This document shows, piece by piece, positions 9,621-18,874 of a stretch of 64,000 nucleotides of DNA. The DNA comes from Candidatus Saccharimonadota bacterium. GTDB lineage: Bacteria; Patescibacteriota; Saccharimonadia; Saccharimonadales; AWTP1-31. Each line of letters begins with the position of its first letter. The stretch's first letter is position 1. The notes under the pieces were generated by a model. The model had not been told where the DNA came from. It made no database searches and was given only the letters and a program-made list of their open reading frames with translations. Position numbers and translations under genes: made by a program. The stretch covers positions 50,890-114,889 of the forward strand of contig RXKC01000003.1 of the NCBI GenBank assembly GCA_003962975.1. The letters are read 5' to 3'.

Positions 9621-11546
9621 TTACTTTTCGTCTTTGTCTTTATTATCTTCGTCGACAACTTCGCCTTCGACAGGTTCATCTTTGTCAGATGCATCGGACT
9701 CACCGTCCTTTTCGTCATCAGCACCCTCAGCCTTAGCAGCTTCCTCGTACATTTTGGCACCAATTGGCATGATAGCGTCAGTCAATGTTTTGGCTGCAGC
9801 TTCTAGCTCGTCTTTGTCAGCCTTTTCATCGGCAACTACCTTTTTAGCAGCTTCGACTGCCTCGTCGATTGCTTTAGCGTCATCTTCCGAGATCTTATCT
9901 TTGTTGTCTGACTTCATCTTTTCAGCCTGGTAAATGGCACTGTCGAGTTGATTCTTGGCATCGATACCTTCACGCTTTTTCTTGTCTTCTTCAGCGTGTG
10001 CCTCAGCTTCTTTAGCCATCTTTTCGACCTCATCTTTCGAGAGCCCAGAACTACCCTGGATGGTAATGGTCTGCTCTTTGCCAGAACCCTTGTCTTTTGC
10101 TGTCACATTCAAGATACCGTTGGCGTCTAGGTTAAAGGTAACTTCAACTTGCGGAACACCGCGAGGTGCTGGAGGAATACCATCTAGAACAAAACGTCCT
10201 AGGCTTTTGTTGTCATTTACGAATTCACGCTCACCCTGTACAACGTGAATCTCTACCTGATTTTGGTTGTCGGCCGCAGTACTAAAGACTTCACTTTTGC
10301 TACTTGGAATTGTCGTATTTCGCTCGATCAACTTAGTTGCAACACCACCAAGTGTTTCAATACCAAGACTGAGAGGAGTTACATCGAGTAGTAACACATC
10401 TTTAACATCGCCTTGCAATACACCACCTTGAATGGCTGCACCAATGGCGACAACTTCGTCAGGGTTTACGCCCTGCATTGGATCTTTACCAAAAATCTTC
10501 TTAACCTTCTCAATCACCGCTGGCATACGGGTCATACCACCGACCAACACCACAGCGTCGATATCGCTTGCCTTGAGCTTAGCGTCTTTCAAAGCTTTCT
10601 CGCATGGTTTAGCGGTATTATCGATCAACTCAGCCACCAGGCTTTCTAGCTTGGCGCGAGTCAGCTTGTGCTCAAAGTGTTTTGGACCATCTGCATCAGC
10701 AGTTAGGAACGGAAGGTTAATGTCTACCTCTTTGGCAGTAGAAAGCTCGATCTTGGCTTTCTCGGCTTCATCTCGCAAGCGCTGCATAGCGGCTTTATCG
10801 TCAGTGACGTCTACGCCCGACTCTTTTTTAAACTCATCAGCTAGATAGTTTACAATTGTCCGGTCAAAGTCAGCACCGCCCAAGTGAGTGTCACCGTTAG
10901 TACTTTTCACTTCAAAGACGCCGTCTCCAAGTTCTAGGATTGATACATCGAAGGTACCACCACCAAGGTCAAAAACAGCAATTTTCTCGTCAGTCTTATC
11001 TTTATCAAGCCCGTAAGCAAGAGCTGCAGCAGTAGGCTCGTTAATAATACGCTTAACCTCTAAGCCAGCAATCTTACCTGCATCCTTAGTAGCTTGTCGT
11101 TGTGAGTCATCAAAGTAGGCTGGTACGGTAATAACTGCTTCGGTAACTGGGCCACCGGTAAAGGCTTCCGCATCGGTCTTGAGCTTTGCCAGTACCATGG
11201 CACTAATTTCTTCTGGGCTATATTCTTTATCACCCATTTTTACTTTTACTGAATTGCCGCTCTTCACGATCTCGTAGCCCATCAGTTTGAGATCGCGTTG
11301 CACTTCTTTATCGTTAAAGTTACGTCCGATAAGACGCTTCACTTCATAAATTGTATTGCCTGGATTGGTCACCATCTGACGACGTGCTACCTGTCCGACG
11401 AGGCGTTCACCATTTTTGTTGATAGCTACAACACTTGGAGTCGTTCGAGCTCCTTCACTGTTGGCGATAATCTCTGGTTTGCCTGACTGCATAACAGCCA
11501 TGGCTGAGTTAGTTGTACCAAGGTCGATGCCGATAATTTTACCCAT
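9621..11546 (-). CDS. dnaK: molecular chaperone DnaK (Hsp70)
   Basis: [17 protein letters not shown] and [10 protein letters not shown] motifs. The 641-aa protein ends in an acidic/lysine-rich C-terminal tail. Confidence 0.98.
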   Translation of the reverse strand: MGKIIGIDLGTTNSAMAVMQSGKPEIIANSEGARTTPSVVAINKNGERLVGQVARRQMVTNPGNTIYEVKRLIGRNFNDKEVQRDLKLMGYEIVKSGNSVKVKMGDKEYSPEEISAMVLAKLKTDAEAFTGGPVTEAVITVPAYFDDSQRQATKDAGKIAGLEVKRIINEPTAAALAYGLDKDKTDEKIAVFDLGGGTFDVSILELGDGVFEVKSTNGDTHLGGADFDRTIVNYLADEFKKESGVDVTDDKAAMQRLRDEAEKAKIELSTAKEVDINLPFLTADADGPKHFEHKLTRAKLESLVAELIDNTAKPCEKALKDAKLKASDIDAVVLVGGMTRMPAVIEKVKKIFGKDPMQGVNPDEVVAIGAAIQGGVLQGDVKDVLLLDVTPLSLGIETLGGVATKLIERNTTIPSSKSEVFSTAADNQNQVEIHVVQGEREFVNDNKSLGRFVLDGIPPAPRGVPQVEVTFNLDANGILNVTAKDKGSGKEQTITIQGSSGLSKDEVEKMAKEAEAHAEEDKKKREGIDAKNQLDSAIYQAEKMKSDNKDKISEDDAKAIDEAVEAAKKVVADEKADKDELEAAAKTLTDAIMPIGAKMYEEAAKAEGADDEKDGESDASDKDEPVEGEVVDEDNKDKDEK

Positions 11547-11579
11547 TATTTTCTCCTTCTTTCTTAGCTAGGGTCATTT

Positions 11580-11606
11580 CTAGCAGTTGCCTGCGTAGAG
11601 TGCTAA
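11580..11606 (-). promoter_or_regulatory. degenerate CIRCE just downstream of the predicted dnaK transcription start
   Basis: Read on the minus strand: TTAGCACTC-N9-AACTGCTAG. One half-site is perfect and the other matches 6/9. Confidence 0.5.
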
Positions 11607-11615
11607 AACAATTGT

Positions 11616-11654
11616 ATCATACAAAAATTGGCACTCTCATGTCAAGAGTGCCAA
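11616..11654 (-). promoter_or_regulatory. dnaK promoter overlapped by a perfect variant CIRCE
   Basis: TTGGCACTC-N9-GAGTGCCAA (11628-11654) is a perfect 9-bp inverted repeat. On the minus strand, TTGACA lies inside the CIRCE spacer, followed by an 18-nt spacer and TATGAT (11616-11621). Confidence 0.7.
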
Positions 11655-11672
11655 CAATGCGCTGTCGTTACT

Positions 11673-13121
11673 TTACTCTATGGGGTCGGATGGTGGTCGG
11701 GTAGGAGTAATCATCGTGCCGGTGTCACCTTTTGCGTCGGCCTTCACGGTCTTATCTTCAGGGTTTTCCATAATTGTTTCGACTGCCACCTCTGGTTTTT
11801 TGCTGACAGTTTTCGTGGCAACAACCTTATCGGCACCAACTTTGCGTTCAATCTCGCTGAGAGTGTCGGTATCCTTAACGGCAGCCTTGTCTGGTGCTGT
11901 TTTGAGCTGAGTTTCGTGCAACGGCTTTGTCTCGGGAACAGACGGTGCTAGTGGCTGCACAGGTGCAGCATCTGGATCGGTGCCCACACCATTCACCACG
12001 ATACCACCAGTAACTTGGCGTCCTGAGCCTTTGCTTGGTCGGTGCTGGAGCCATCGTTTGCCAAGAACGATGAGTGCGATTGCAAGCGCAACTACAATTG
12101 CGATGCCTGCATACAGTGGCCAGTTAAATGGTTTCTTTAGAGTAAGTGCAAATTCCTGAGCAGTGACTGGTGAAGATGCGCTGGTATCAGTGACTGTTAT
12201 TTCTTTGGTAGCCGCACCAAGTACGCCTTTAGCTTCTAGCTTGTATTTGCCAGGTGCAATGCCGATAAAGCTGGCGACACCTTCATTGTCAGTAACAACG
12301 GTTTGCTTGTTGAGGGTTACGGATACGCCTGGGACTGGCTTGCCGTCAGGCCCCATGATAGTAATAGCGACAATGCCACCAAGTTGCGGTTGGGTAGCCG
12401 TCTCGTTTGGAGTAGTTACTTCTGTTGGAGAAGACGGGGTGGTAGGAGTTGTTGTGGGATTACTAGGCGTAGTCGGACGTGAAGTATTACCACCACCTCC
12501 GCCAGAGCGCGGCGTGGATGGCGTAGTAGGAGTTGTCGGAGTGCTAGGTGTTGTTGGAGGTTGTGGATTGTTTGTTGGTGGTTGTGGAGGCTGAGCCGGT
12601 GCAGCTAGAGTGTAGCTACCGCCACTCGTATTTCCGTTCCAGATATTAACACCTGTACCTGATTGAGAAATCTCGGAGTCAGACGTAAAGTTGAGAGCTG
12701 TCGAGCCCGTGGTTACTGCCTTGAAAACTGCCGTAGCAATCAATCGCTCATTAGTTACTGTGTTCGGTGGATTAATAAAACAGGTCACTCTGACAAGGCC
12801 ATTAGAGCCAGATGACTCTGGGCAGTTCGTGAATGAGCCGCCAGTATTGCTGACACTGACAAACTGAAACTTAGCAGTGTCATACGTTAAGCCAAATGTG
12901 ACAGCATTTACCGTAACGTTGCCGCTATTCTCGTAGATACCAACCGATATGTTTGTATCTTTGGTAACACTACCACTGGCTGGTTTTAACAAAAGGGTGG
13001 CATCACCGGTGGCAGCACGGGAGAATGTCAAGAGATACGTTCCAACAGCAGCGATCGCAACTACTACACCAATCCGTGCAATATTTTTTAGTACGTTACT
13101 TTTTTTGCCTGTTTTTTTCAT
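11673..13121 (-). CDS. membrane-anchored surface scaffold: cohesin-like module, Pro/Thr linker, Ig-like (carboxypeptidase-regulatory-like) domain, TM helix, cytoplasmic tail
   Basis: Signal/anchor IGVVVAIAAVGTYLLTFSRAATGD. A beta-rich ~130-aa module carries GLTYDTAKFQFVSV...ATAVFKAVTTGSTALNF, a cohesin-like pattern. The PT-rich linker includes PQPPTNNPQPPTTPSTPTTPTTPSTP. The Ig-like part reads GPDGKPVPGVSVTLN..TDNEGVASF..APGKYKL and the TM helix is LYAGIAIVVALAIALIVLG. Confidence 0.6.
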   Translation of the reverse strand: MKKTGKKSNVLKNIARIGVVVAIAAVGTYLLTFSRAATGDATLLLKPASGSVTKDTNISVGIYENSGNVTVNAVTFGLTYDTAKFQFVSVSNTGGSFTNCPESSGSNGLVRVTCFINPPNTVTNERLIATAVFKAVTTGSTALNFTSDSEISQSGTGVNIWNGNTSGGSYTLAAPAQPPQPPTNNPQPPTTPSTPTTPTTPSTPRSGGGGGNTSRPTTPSNPTTTPTTPSSPTEVTTPNETATQPQLGGIVAITIMGPDGKPVPGVSVTLNKQTVVTDNEGVASFIGIAPGKYKLEAKGVLGAATKEITVTDTSASSPVTAQEFALTLKKPFNWPLYAGIAIVVALAIALIVLGKRWLQHRPSKGSGRQVTGGIVVNGVGTDPDAAPVQPLAPSVPETKPLHETQLKTAPDKAAVKDTDTLSEIERKVGADKVVATKTVSKKPEVAVETIMENPEDKTVKADAKGDTGTMITPTRPPSDPIE

Positions 13122-14713
13122 TTCGCTGTCCAGTTATTTAACACTAGTAATAGATCGCTATAGTTTACGGAGCCTTTACCGTCTAGCTCGCCTTGCTCAC
13201 GAGTTCTGCCTGATTGACCCCAGTTGTTAAGCACGGCTAGAAGATCTTTATACTCAACGACTCCGTTGTTATCCACATCGCCTGCTTTTGGAGTTGGTGG
13301 TGGCGTAGTGACATTATCTGTAGTGACTGTGATGGAAGTTTGCTGACTGATATTTCCTGCCTTGTCCTGTACTCTGACCGATATCGTATGGCTGCCGTCA
13401 GCTACCTTAGTAGAATCCCATGCAAAGGTGTATGGAGCAGCCGTAACTGAACGCTGCAAGACACTGTTCACATAGAATTCTACCTGCTTCACTCCACTAC
13501 CCCCGACATTGTCGGCAGCATTGGCAGTAACATTAACGGTACCTTTTAGATTGGCCGCGTTGTTCGCAGGGCTGGTAATGCTAACAGTAGGCACGGTGAC
13601 GTCGGGGCTGCTAACCGCGATATCAATGCCGGTTGTATTATTTGATTCATTGCTTTCCACAACCTTATTGGTGCTGTCCACGGTGGCTTCTATGCGGTGA
13701 TTGCCGGCAATTGCTGTCCATGTAGCACCTGCGGTAATTTCAACTGTTGAGTTCGGGGCAATTGCAGGAGTATATGTAGCAGCTGTGATTGGCGACCCTC
13801 CAGCTGAAAAACTAATCACATTCTGCAGGCCAGCCACAGTTGCAGCTGCGCCTTGGTTGCGGATAGTGGCTTTTATAGTCACTCCATCACCAACCTTAGG
13901 TGAGGCAGGAGTTGTTGAGAGAGTAGCCACGATAAGATCTGGCTTGCCGTTTTGTACGATGACCTGGCGGGTTGTTGTCGCAGTGTTACCTGCGTCATCA
14001 GTTGCTCTAGCTGTGAGGGTGTGCGTGCCGTCAGTAGTAAGTAGCGTATTCCATTGAACAGAATATGGACTGGTTGTATCTGGTGTTGCCAGCGCAGTGC
14101 CGTTAAGCAAGAACTCTACTTGTTTAACGCGATTATTGTCGGTCGCTGTAGCAGAAACTGTTTGCGTTCCTGTCAGGACAGTTGGACTGGCAGCGGGCGC
14201 TGTCATGCTGACTGTAGGGTTTTGTACGTCAATCGGTTCAGCACAGTCATTGCCCAAGCCAGATGGCGTACAGGTTTCACCGCTAGTATTAATGCGGGTG
14301 AAGATTACTCTATCTACGAGGACTCCTTCACTCGTTCCCAGTAAGCGCATAGAAAATGGCGAACCGGCTGTCAGGTTAACATTGATCTTTGAACTGGCAG
14401 CCCCACCGTGAAAATCAACCCAAGTCCAGGTATTTGCGGGCAAGGAACCGGAGCCATTCACGGTATAGCAAGTACCGCCGTTAACTTCGATGAGAAAGTT
14501 ATTTTTTGCACTATCTGGTATTTGCATACGCGTCCAGACGCGGTATGTACCACTTTCTGGAACAGTAAGATTATTGAAACTAACCGTACCAAAGCTTGGG
14601 TTCGGATCGGCACAAGCTGCCTCTGCTCGTGATTCAACTAGTAAAAAACTAGCCGTCAACAGGGCGAAACCGACCAGCAAGGTAACCACACGGTTTTTGC
14701 TGATAAAACGCAT
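13118..14713 (-). CDS. secreted multi-domain protein with C-terminal dockerin (two EF-hand-like repeats), Ig-like repeats and a CARDB-like domain
   Basis: Start is preferred at MRFISKNRVV (14713). The dockerin duplicate is GDVDNNGVVEYKDLLAVLNNWG / GELDGKGSVNYSDLLLVLNNW. The CARDB-like stretch is KPDLIVATLSTTPASPKVGDGVTIKATIRNQG. Two Ig-like repeats follow the pattern P(T/V)VS(M/I)T(A/S)P...VxVxAxAxDNxxVxxVEFxxN. The stop TGA overlaps the ATG of the next gene (ATGA). Confidence 0.65.
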   Translation of the reverse strand: MRFISKNRVVTLLVGFALLTASFLLVESRAEAACADPNPSFGTVSFNNLTVPESGTYRVWTRMQIPDSAKNNFLIEVNGGTCYTVNGSGSLPANTWTWVDFHGGAASSKINVNLTAGSPFSMRLLGTSEGVLVDRVIFTRINTSGETCTPSGLGNDCAEPIDVQNPTVSMTAPAASPTVLTGTQTVSATATDNNRVKQVEFLLNGTALATPDTTSPYSVQWNTLLTTDGTHTLTARATDDAGNTATTTRQVIVQNGKPDLIVATLSTTPASPKVGDGVTIKATIRNQGAAATVAGLQNVISFSAGGSPITAATYTPAIAPNSTVEITAGATWTAIAGNHRIEATVDSTNKVVESNESNNTTGIDIAVSSPDVTVPTVSITSPANNAANLKGTVNVTANAADNVGGSGVKQVEFYVNSVLQRSVTAAPYTFAWDSTKVADGSHTISVRVQDKAGNISQQTSITVTTDNVTTPPPTPKAGDVDNNGVVEYKDLLAVLNNWGQSGRTREQGELDGKGSVNYSDLLLVLNNWTAK

Positions 14714-14825
14714 ACAATCATAGTACACGCATATGCTTAGTCTCTGCAATATCAGATGTATCTACCTGGTCACATCTGGCGGATAGGCTAAAAATCTGTA
14801 CAATAGATATACATAAGCATGGTGA

Positions 14826-16457
14826 ATGTTAATGACTAAACGCGGCACGCACCAAACAAGAGGAAAAGGCAAACCACGGGTGACACAAAAGGGCTTGAAG
14901 GCAAAAAGTCGATCTGTATCAAAGAGTTTTGGTCAGAAACTTACTAAACGGCTGGCCAAACTTCCCCGCATTGTAGTCATCATGGTTGGTTTTGCCATTG
15001 TTGGTACAGTCGCACTGGTTATATCTCAGGCCGCAACCCCAACCAGCAGTACCGAAGCTGAAGGTGGCACGCGGAGCAGCGGCGCGAATATTGTTGCGAA
15101 CGGCAACGCATCAGGGGGCGCTTACATACGCTTTGGCCCCGGCACCCCAACCAATAACCTGACCCGTCGATTCTTTGCCGATAGCGTTTCATGGAATAAG
15201 CCTGTCAGCCAAATGGGCATCTCTTCAAGTTACCCTGGTTACGTCGAGCGAATGTTTAAGTATAGTGGCGCGTCTGGCTGGGACGACCCTGTACTTGGTA
15301 TTGGGTTTAACCCCAGCGTACGGGGCAACTATAATCTTGCCCTGCGTGATTACTCGGTGCCAATTTATGATCTTGCCACTATGACTCCAGCCGAGAAGTC
15401 GAATCTTACCACCAAACGAGTGTATTGGTCTGGCTGGGCGTACCCAAATGCCGAAAGATACGAGTGTGACGGCGTTGGCATTTCGCCGTGCACCGGTTCA
15501 CAGACTTCAGTACCGGTAACACCGGGCATGTTTATTCCGTGGGATCCTGACTGGAAACCAGGCACTGGCTACGACCGCATCATGGCCGTTATAAATTCAA
15601 ATACAGGAGAATTCTGGTCATACTACGGCACTAACATCGATCCGCTACAGTGCACAATTTTTGGAGGTGGTGAGAACTGGCTTGGCAACGCTACCGCCAC
15701 CCCGGCCTTTGATGCCAACGATCCAAACCATATCTGCATGTCTGGAGCTAACAGGCGTGCGAATATTTATGAGATCAACCAGCCAACAACCGTCAATGGT
15801 CGCGGTATGGGCATCGATAAACTCGCTCTGGTTGTTCGTGCCGAAGAGGTACAAAGCGGTGAGATCAGGCATGCCCTAGGACTGACCATATTCAGCCAGA
15901 TGTTTGGCCCAGCCTGCAATCCGGCCACCCCAGCGGTTGCGGCAGGCGCTGGCGTCAGCTGTGCATTTTACTTGCCACCAGCAACTCGCATAGAACACAC
16001 GACCATACCCCATGGTGGCGCTAACGCATGTAAAGAAAATACCATTCAAAATACCCATGCCAACCGCTCAAAGACCATACCAAGTGGCATGCGCTTTCGC
16101 GTTAATCGGCCCAAAACCATTGCTGATGGAGCAAACTCAATAGAAGCATGGCTTAATAGCAAAGGATATACAGGAAACAAACGAAACACTGCGCGCATTA
16201 TTGGTACCGCATTAGTTGATTACGGATTTGTTGCCGCGTCTGAAACTGGCTGCGGTAACCCACACTGGGAATTTGATGGCATGCAAAACCCGAAAACGCG
16301 TGACATATGGGTCAACGAATTGGGTCTCGAGGATACTGGCTCAGACAATGGCGGTCAAAGCTCCGGCCAACCAGACGGACTTGCCGACTACCCTTCTGGC
16401 AACTTGATGCACGGTTTTATAACTGAGACAAATATGCAAATTGTTAACCCAGGTTAA
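14826..16457 (+). CDS. secreted/anchored protein of unknown function
   Basis: A basic N-terminus is followed by the anchor IVVIMVGFAIVGTVALVISQAAT and an AEGGT..GANIVANGNASGGAYIRFG motif. The large C-terminal region has no motif I can name. Confidence 0.6.
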   Translation: MLMTKRGTHQTRGKGKPRVTQKGLKAKSRSVSKSFGQKLTKRLAKLPRIVVIMVGFAIVGTVALVISQAATPTSSTEAEGGTRSSGANIVANGNASGGAYIRFGPGTPTNNLTRRFFADSVSWNKPVSQMGISSSYPGYVERMFKYSGASGWDDPVLGIGFNPSVRGNYNLALRDYSVPIYDLATMTPAEKSNLTTKRVYWSGWAYPNAERYECDGVGISPCTGSQTSVPVTPGMFIPWDPDWKPGTGYDRIMAVINSNTGEFWSYYGTNIDPLQCTIFGGGENWLGNATATPAFDANDPNHICMSGANRRANIYEINQPTTVNGRGMGIDKLALVVRAEEVQSGEIRHALGLTIFSQMFGPACNPATPAVAAGAGVSCAFYLPPATRIEHTTIPHGGANACKENTIQNTHANRSKTIPSGMRFRVNRPKTIADGANSIEAWLNSKGYTGNKRNTARIIGTALVDYGFVAASETGCGNPHWEFDGMQNPKTRDIWVNELGLEDTGSDNGGQSSGQPDGLADYPSGNLMHGFITETNMQIVNPG

Positions 16458-16460
16458 TAA

Positions 16461-16988
16461 CTAACGACGAACTTTGACCATGGCGTGTCGAATAACTGTG
16501 TCGCCTAATTGATAGCCAGCCTGCAGTTCTTCACTGACAATCTCTTCTTCACCATCGCCTTCGTCCACCCCAACAGCTTCATGAACATGAGGATTAAATG
16601 GCTCTCCTACCGTCGCAATACGTTTAACGCCAAGTCCTTGCAGGGTCTGCTCGAACTGTTTCACCACCCCTTGCACGCCTTTAATATAGTCATTGTCGGC
16701 AAGGTCTTCTGGCACATGCTTGAGTGCTCGTTCGAAGTTATCAATAACAGGTAGCAAGCTTTCGATAACGCTTACTTGTAGCACTGACTTTAGATTGGCT
16801 AGTTGCTCGTCATGGCGACGACGAATATTGGTCGCATCAGCTCGCTCGCGCTGCAGTGCTTCGGTAAGTTCAGCAACCTGACGCTGCAACAATTCTAGCT
16901 CTACGCTAGCCATAACGCCATCATTCTGTTGACTATTATTTTCTGGCTCCGGCTGTTTTGACGCATCATTCTTTGAAGTCTTAGACAT
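16461..16988 (-). CDS. grpE: nucleotide exchange factor GrpE
   Basis: GrpE C-terminal pattern (LPVIDNFERAL ... FNPHVHEAV ... GYQLGDTVIRHAMVKV). The ATG at 16988 overlaps the hrcA stop by 8 nt. Confidence 0.9.
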   Translation of the reverse strand: MSKTSKNDASKQPEPENNSQQNDGVMASVELELLQRQVAELTEALQRERADATNIRRRHDEQLANLKSVLQVSVIESLLPVIDNFERALKHVPEDLADNDYIKGVQGVVKQFEQTLQGLGVKRIATVGEPFNPHVHEAVGVDEGDGEEEIVSEELQAGYQLGDTVIRHAMVKVRR

Positions 16989-17691
16989 ACAAAACCTCTT
17001 CCAGCGCTTCACCAGTACGGCGCACCAAGCTCATAACATCACGGTAACTCTGCCTCGTCGGACCAAGAACTCCGATATAGCTGCGATCACTAAAATTGCT
17101 GCGAAAACGACTAACGATCAACGAACAGCCAGCGCTTCTGCCGACAGGATTCTCTTGGCCGATATAAACACTGAGTGGCTCGTTAGGGGCCGCCTCGTAC
17201 AGCCATGGCTCTAGATTGTCGAGCAAACGAGCTACCTCGCGCACCTGACCACCATTCATAAACTCTGGCTGACCAAACAAGTTTGAGAGGCCACTCATAT
17301 AGAGCTGATCGCCTATGGTAGCGATGCCTAGATTATGCGTTAGCTCAACCAAAGTATCGACAGTGTTTTTAATAACTTGCTCGCTGACACCACCACTTGC
17401 CACACGCGTTGCCAAAGCTTTTTCGGCTCGACGTTCGGCCGCAGATTCTGGTGCATTTTCTACCAAGTTATTAACATAGTATCGGTAGCCCTTATCCGTA
17501 GGAATACGACCAGCGCTGGTGTGTGGCTGTTTGATCATACCCTGCTTTTCAAGCTCAGCCATTTCGGAACGGACAGTTGCCGAGGACACGCTAAAAACCT
17601 TAGCCAAGAGGCTGCTACCTACAGGACTTGCTACCTCGGCGTATTGTTCAACAATAGCTTGCAGAATACGCTTCTGTCGTTCACTTAACAT
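16981..17691 (-). CDS. hrcA: heat-inducible transcription repressor HrcA (compact, 236 aa)
   Basis: N-terminal wHTH (LSERQKRILQAIVEQYAEVASPVGSSLLA...SSATVRSEMAELEKQGMIKQPHTSAGRIPTDKGYRYYV) and C-terminal IGVLGPTRQSYRDVMSLV. It is ~100 aa shorter than typical HrcA proteins. Confidence 0.9.
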   Translation of the reverse strand: MLSERQKRILQAIVEQYAEVASPVGSSLLAKVFSVSSATVRSEMAELEKQGMIKQPHTSAGRIPTDKGYRYYVNNLVENAPESAAERRAEKALATRVASGGVSEQVIKNTVDTLVELTHNLGIATIGDQLYMSGLSNLFGQPEFMNGGQVREVARLLDNLEPWLYEAAPNEPLSVYIGQENPVGRSAGCSLIVSRFRSNFSDRSYIGVLGPTRQSYRDVMSLVRRTGEALEEVLYV

Positions 17692-17700
17692 GGCTCCATT

Positions 17701-17727
17701 TTAGCACTCTAGTGCCTGCAGTGCCAA
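17701..17727 (-). promoter_or_regulatory. CIRCE operator 9 nt upstream of hrcA start
   Basis: TTAGCACTC-N9-CAGTGCCAA. The left half is the perfect consensus and the arms are 7/9 complementary. Confidence 0.6.
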
Positions 17728-17792
17728 TGCTTATAAACCATACAGGGGTAGCTGGGTTGAATTTTTGCCCCGCGTCGACTATACTGCCATAA

Positions 17793-18410
17793 ATGAAGTC
17801 ATCCCCCTCCAACCGCACTGCCCTTATCAAGCAGTGGCTCAGCACGGGGAGTATCAATATATTTGGTATACCGTTTTCGGGTAAAGATACCCAGTGTCAG
17901 AGACTGGCAGAAGTACTCGATGCTGCTAGCTTTGGCGGCGGCGACATACTACGCAGCAGCCAAGTATCTGCCCAGCTGACCGCAGATATTAATCAAGGCA
18001 AGTTAGCTCCGACAGAAGAATACCTTGCAACCGTGGTGCCTTATTTTGCACGAACAGAGATAGCCGACAAGCCGTTGGTACTCAGTTCGGTAGGTCGCTG
18101 GAGTGGCGAAGAAAACAGTGTTATTGCCGCTGCACAGAAAAGTAACCACCCAATTAAAGCGACTGTTTGGCTCAAGCTTGATCAAGCCGAAGCACTAAAA
18201 CGCCTACACGCTGCTGATCGTGGGCGCGATGATGATCATGAAGCAAAACTAGCCACTCGTATGCAGGAGTTCGCAGCAAAGACAGTCCCCGTACTAAAAA
18301 CCTACGAGAAACAAGATCTACTCATTGAAATCGATGGGACCAAAAGCCCCGAGCAAGTCACCGAACAGATCCTAAACGCTTTAGCTGGAAAGGCCACCCA
18401 AACAGCATGA
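17793..18410 (+). CDS. adenylate-kinase-family nucleoside monophosphate kinase (divergent P-loop)
   Basis: GIPFSGKDTQ aligns to GAPGAGKGTQ of Adk. GGGDILR aligns to STGDMLR. RGRDDDHEAKLATRMQEFAAKTVPVLKTYEK...IDGTKSPEQV matches the Adk C-terminal pattern. Confidence 0.55.
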   Translation: MKSSPSNRTALIKQWLSTGSINIFGIPFSGKDTQCQRLAEVLDAASFGGGDILRSSQVSAQLTADINQGKLAPTEEYLATVVPYFARTEIADKPLVLSSVGRWSGEENSVIAAAQKSNHPIKATVWLKLDQAEALKRLHAADRGRDDDHEAKLATRMQEFAAKTVPVLKTYEKQDLLIEIDGTKSPEQVTEQILNALAGKATQTA

Positions 18411-18874
18411 AACAAGCACCCGACTTTTCCCTACCCGACCAAACTGGCACAATAAAGTCACTGAAAGATTTTTCTGGACGCTGGGTCGTGCTGTATTTTT
18501 ATCCTAAGGACGACACTCCTGGCTGCACCACCGAAGCCTGCAACTTTCGAGATGCACGTGAATCGATTGCCAGCCTGGGTAATGCCGACGTAATCGGTAT
18601 TAGCAAAGACTCCGTCAAGAAACACGCTCGATTCGCAGAGAAATACCAACTGAACTTTACACTACTCAGTGATCCTGAAGCCGAGACCATCAAGGCCTAC
18701 GGCGCCTGGGGGCACAAAAAGTTTATGGGCCGTGAGTTTGAGGGCATACTACGCAACACGTATCTGATCACACCTGACGGTAACATTGCCAAAGAGTATC
18801 TTGGCGTAAATCCAAAAGAGCACGCCGCCGAAATCATCAACGACCTACAAGCCCTCCAAGCCGAGAACGGCTAA
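18407..18874 (+). CDS. bcp: thiol peroxidase Bcp (peroxiredoxin)
   Basis: FYPKDDTPGCTTEACNFRD active-site motif. There is an ATGA overlap with the upstream gene. Confidence 0.9.
   Translation: MKQAPDFSLPDQTGTIKSLKDFSGRWVVLYFYPKDDTPGCTTEACNFRDARESIASLGNADVIGISKDSVKKHARFAEKYQLNFTLLSDPEAETIKAYGAWGHKKFMGREFEGILRNTYLITPDGNIAKEYLGVNPKEHAAEIINDLQALQAENG

Noticed and set aside
9595-9933. 112-aa Ser/Ala-rich plus-strand ORF, with several similar ORFs at 9955-10248 and 10432-10848.
   Set aside because: They lie entirely antisense to dnaK. The low-complexity composition mirrors the acidic/Lys-rich DnaK tail. They are shadow ORFs.
11628-11951. 107-aa ORF starting MALSCQECQ.
   Set aside because: Its 'start' is the TTG of the CIRCE palindrome, and the rest is antisense to the cohesin-like gene tail.
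12163-12594. 143-aa Gly/Val-rich plus-strand ORF and apparent short tandem repeats (GGAGTTGT..., CCACCACC...).
   Set aside because: It is antisense to the Pro/Thr linker of the cohesin-like gene. The repeats are codon-level low complexity, not a CRISPR array or satellite.
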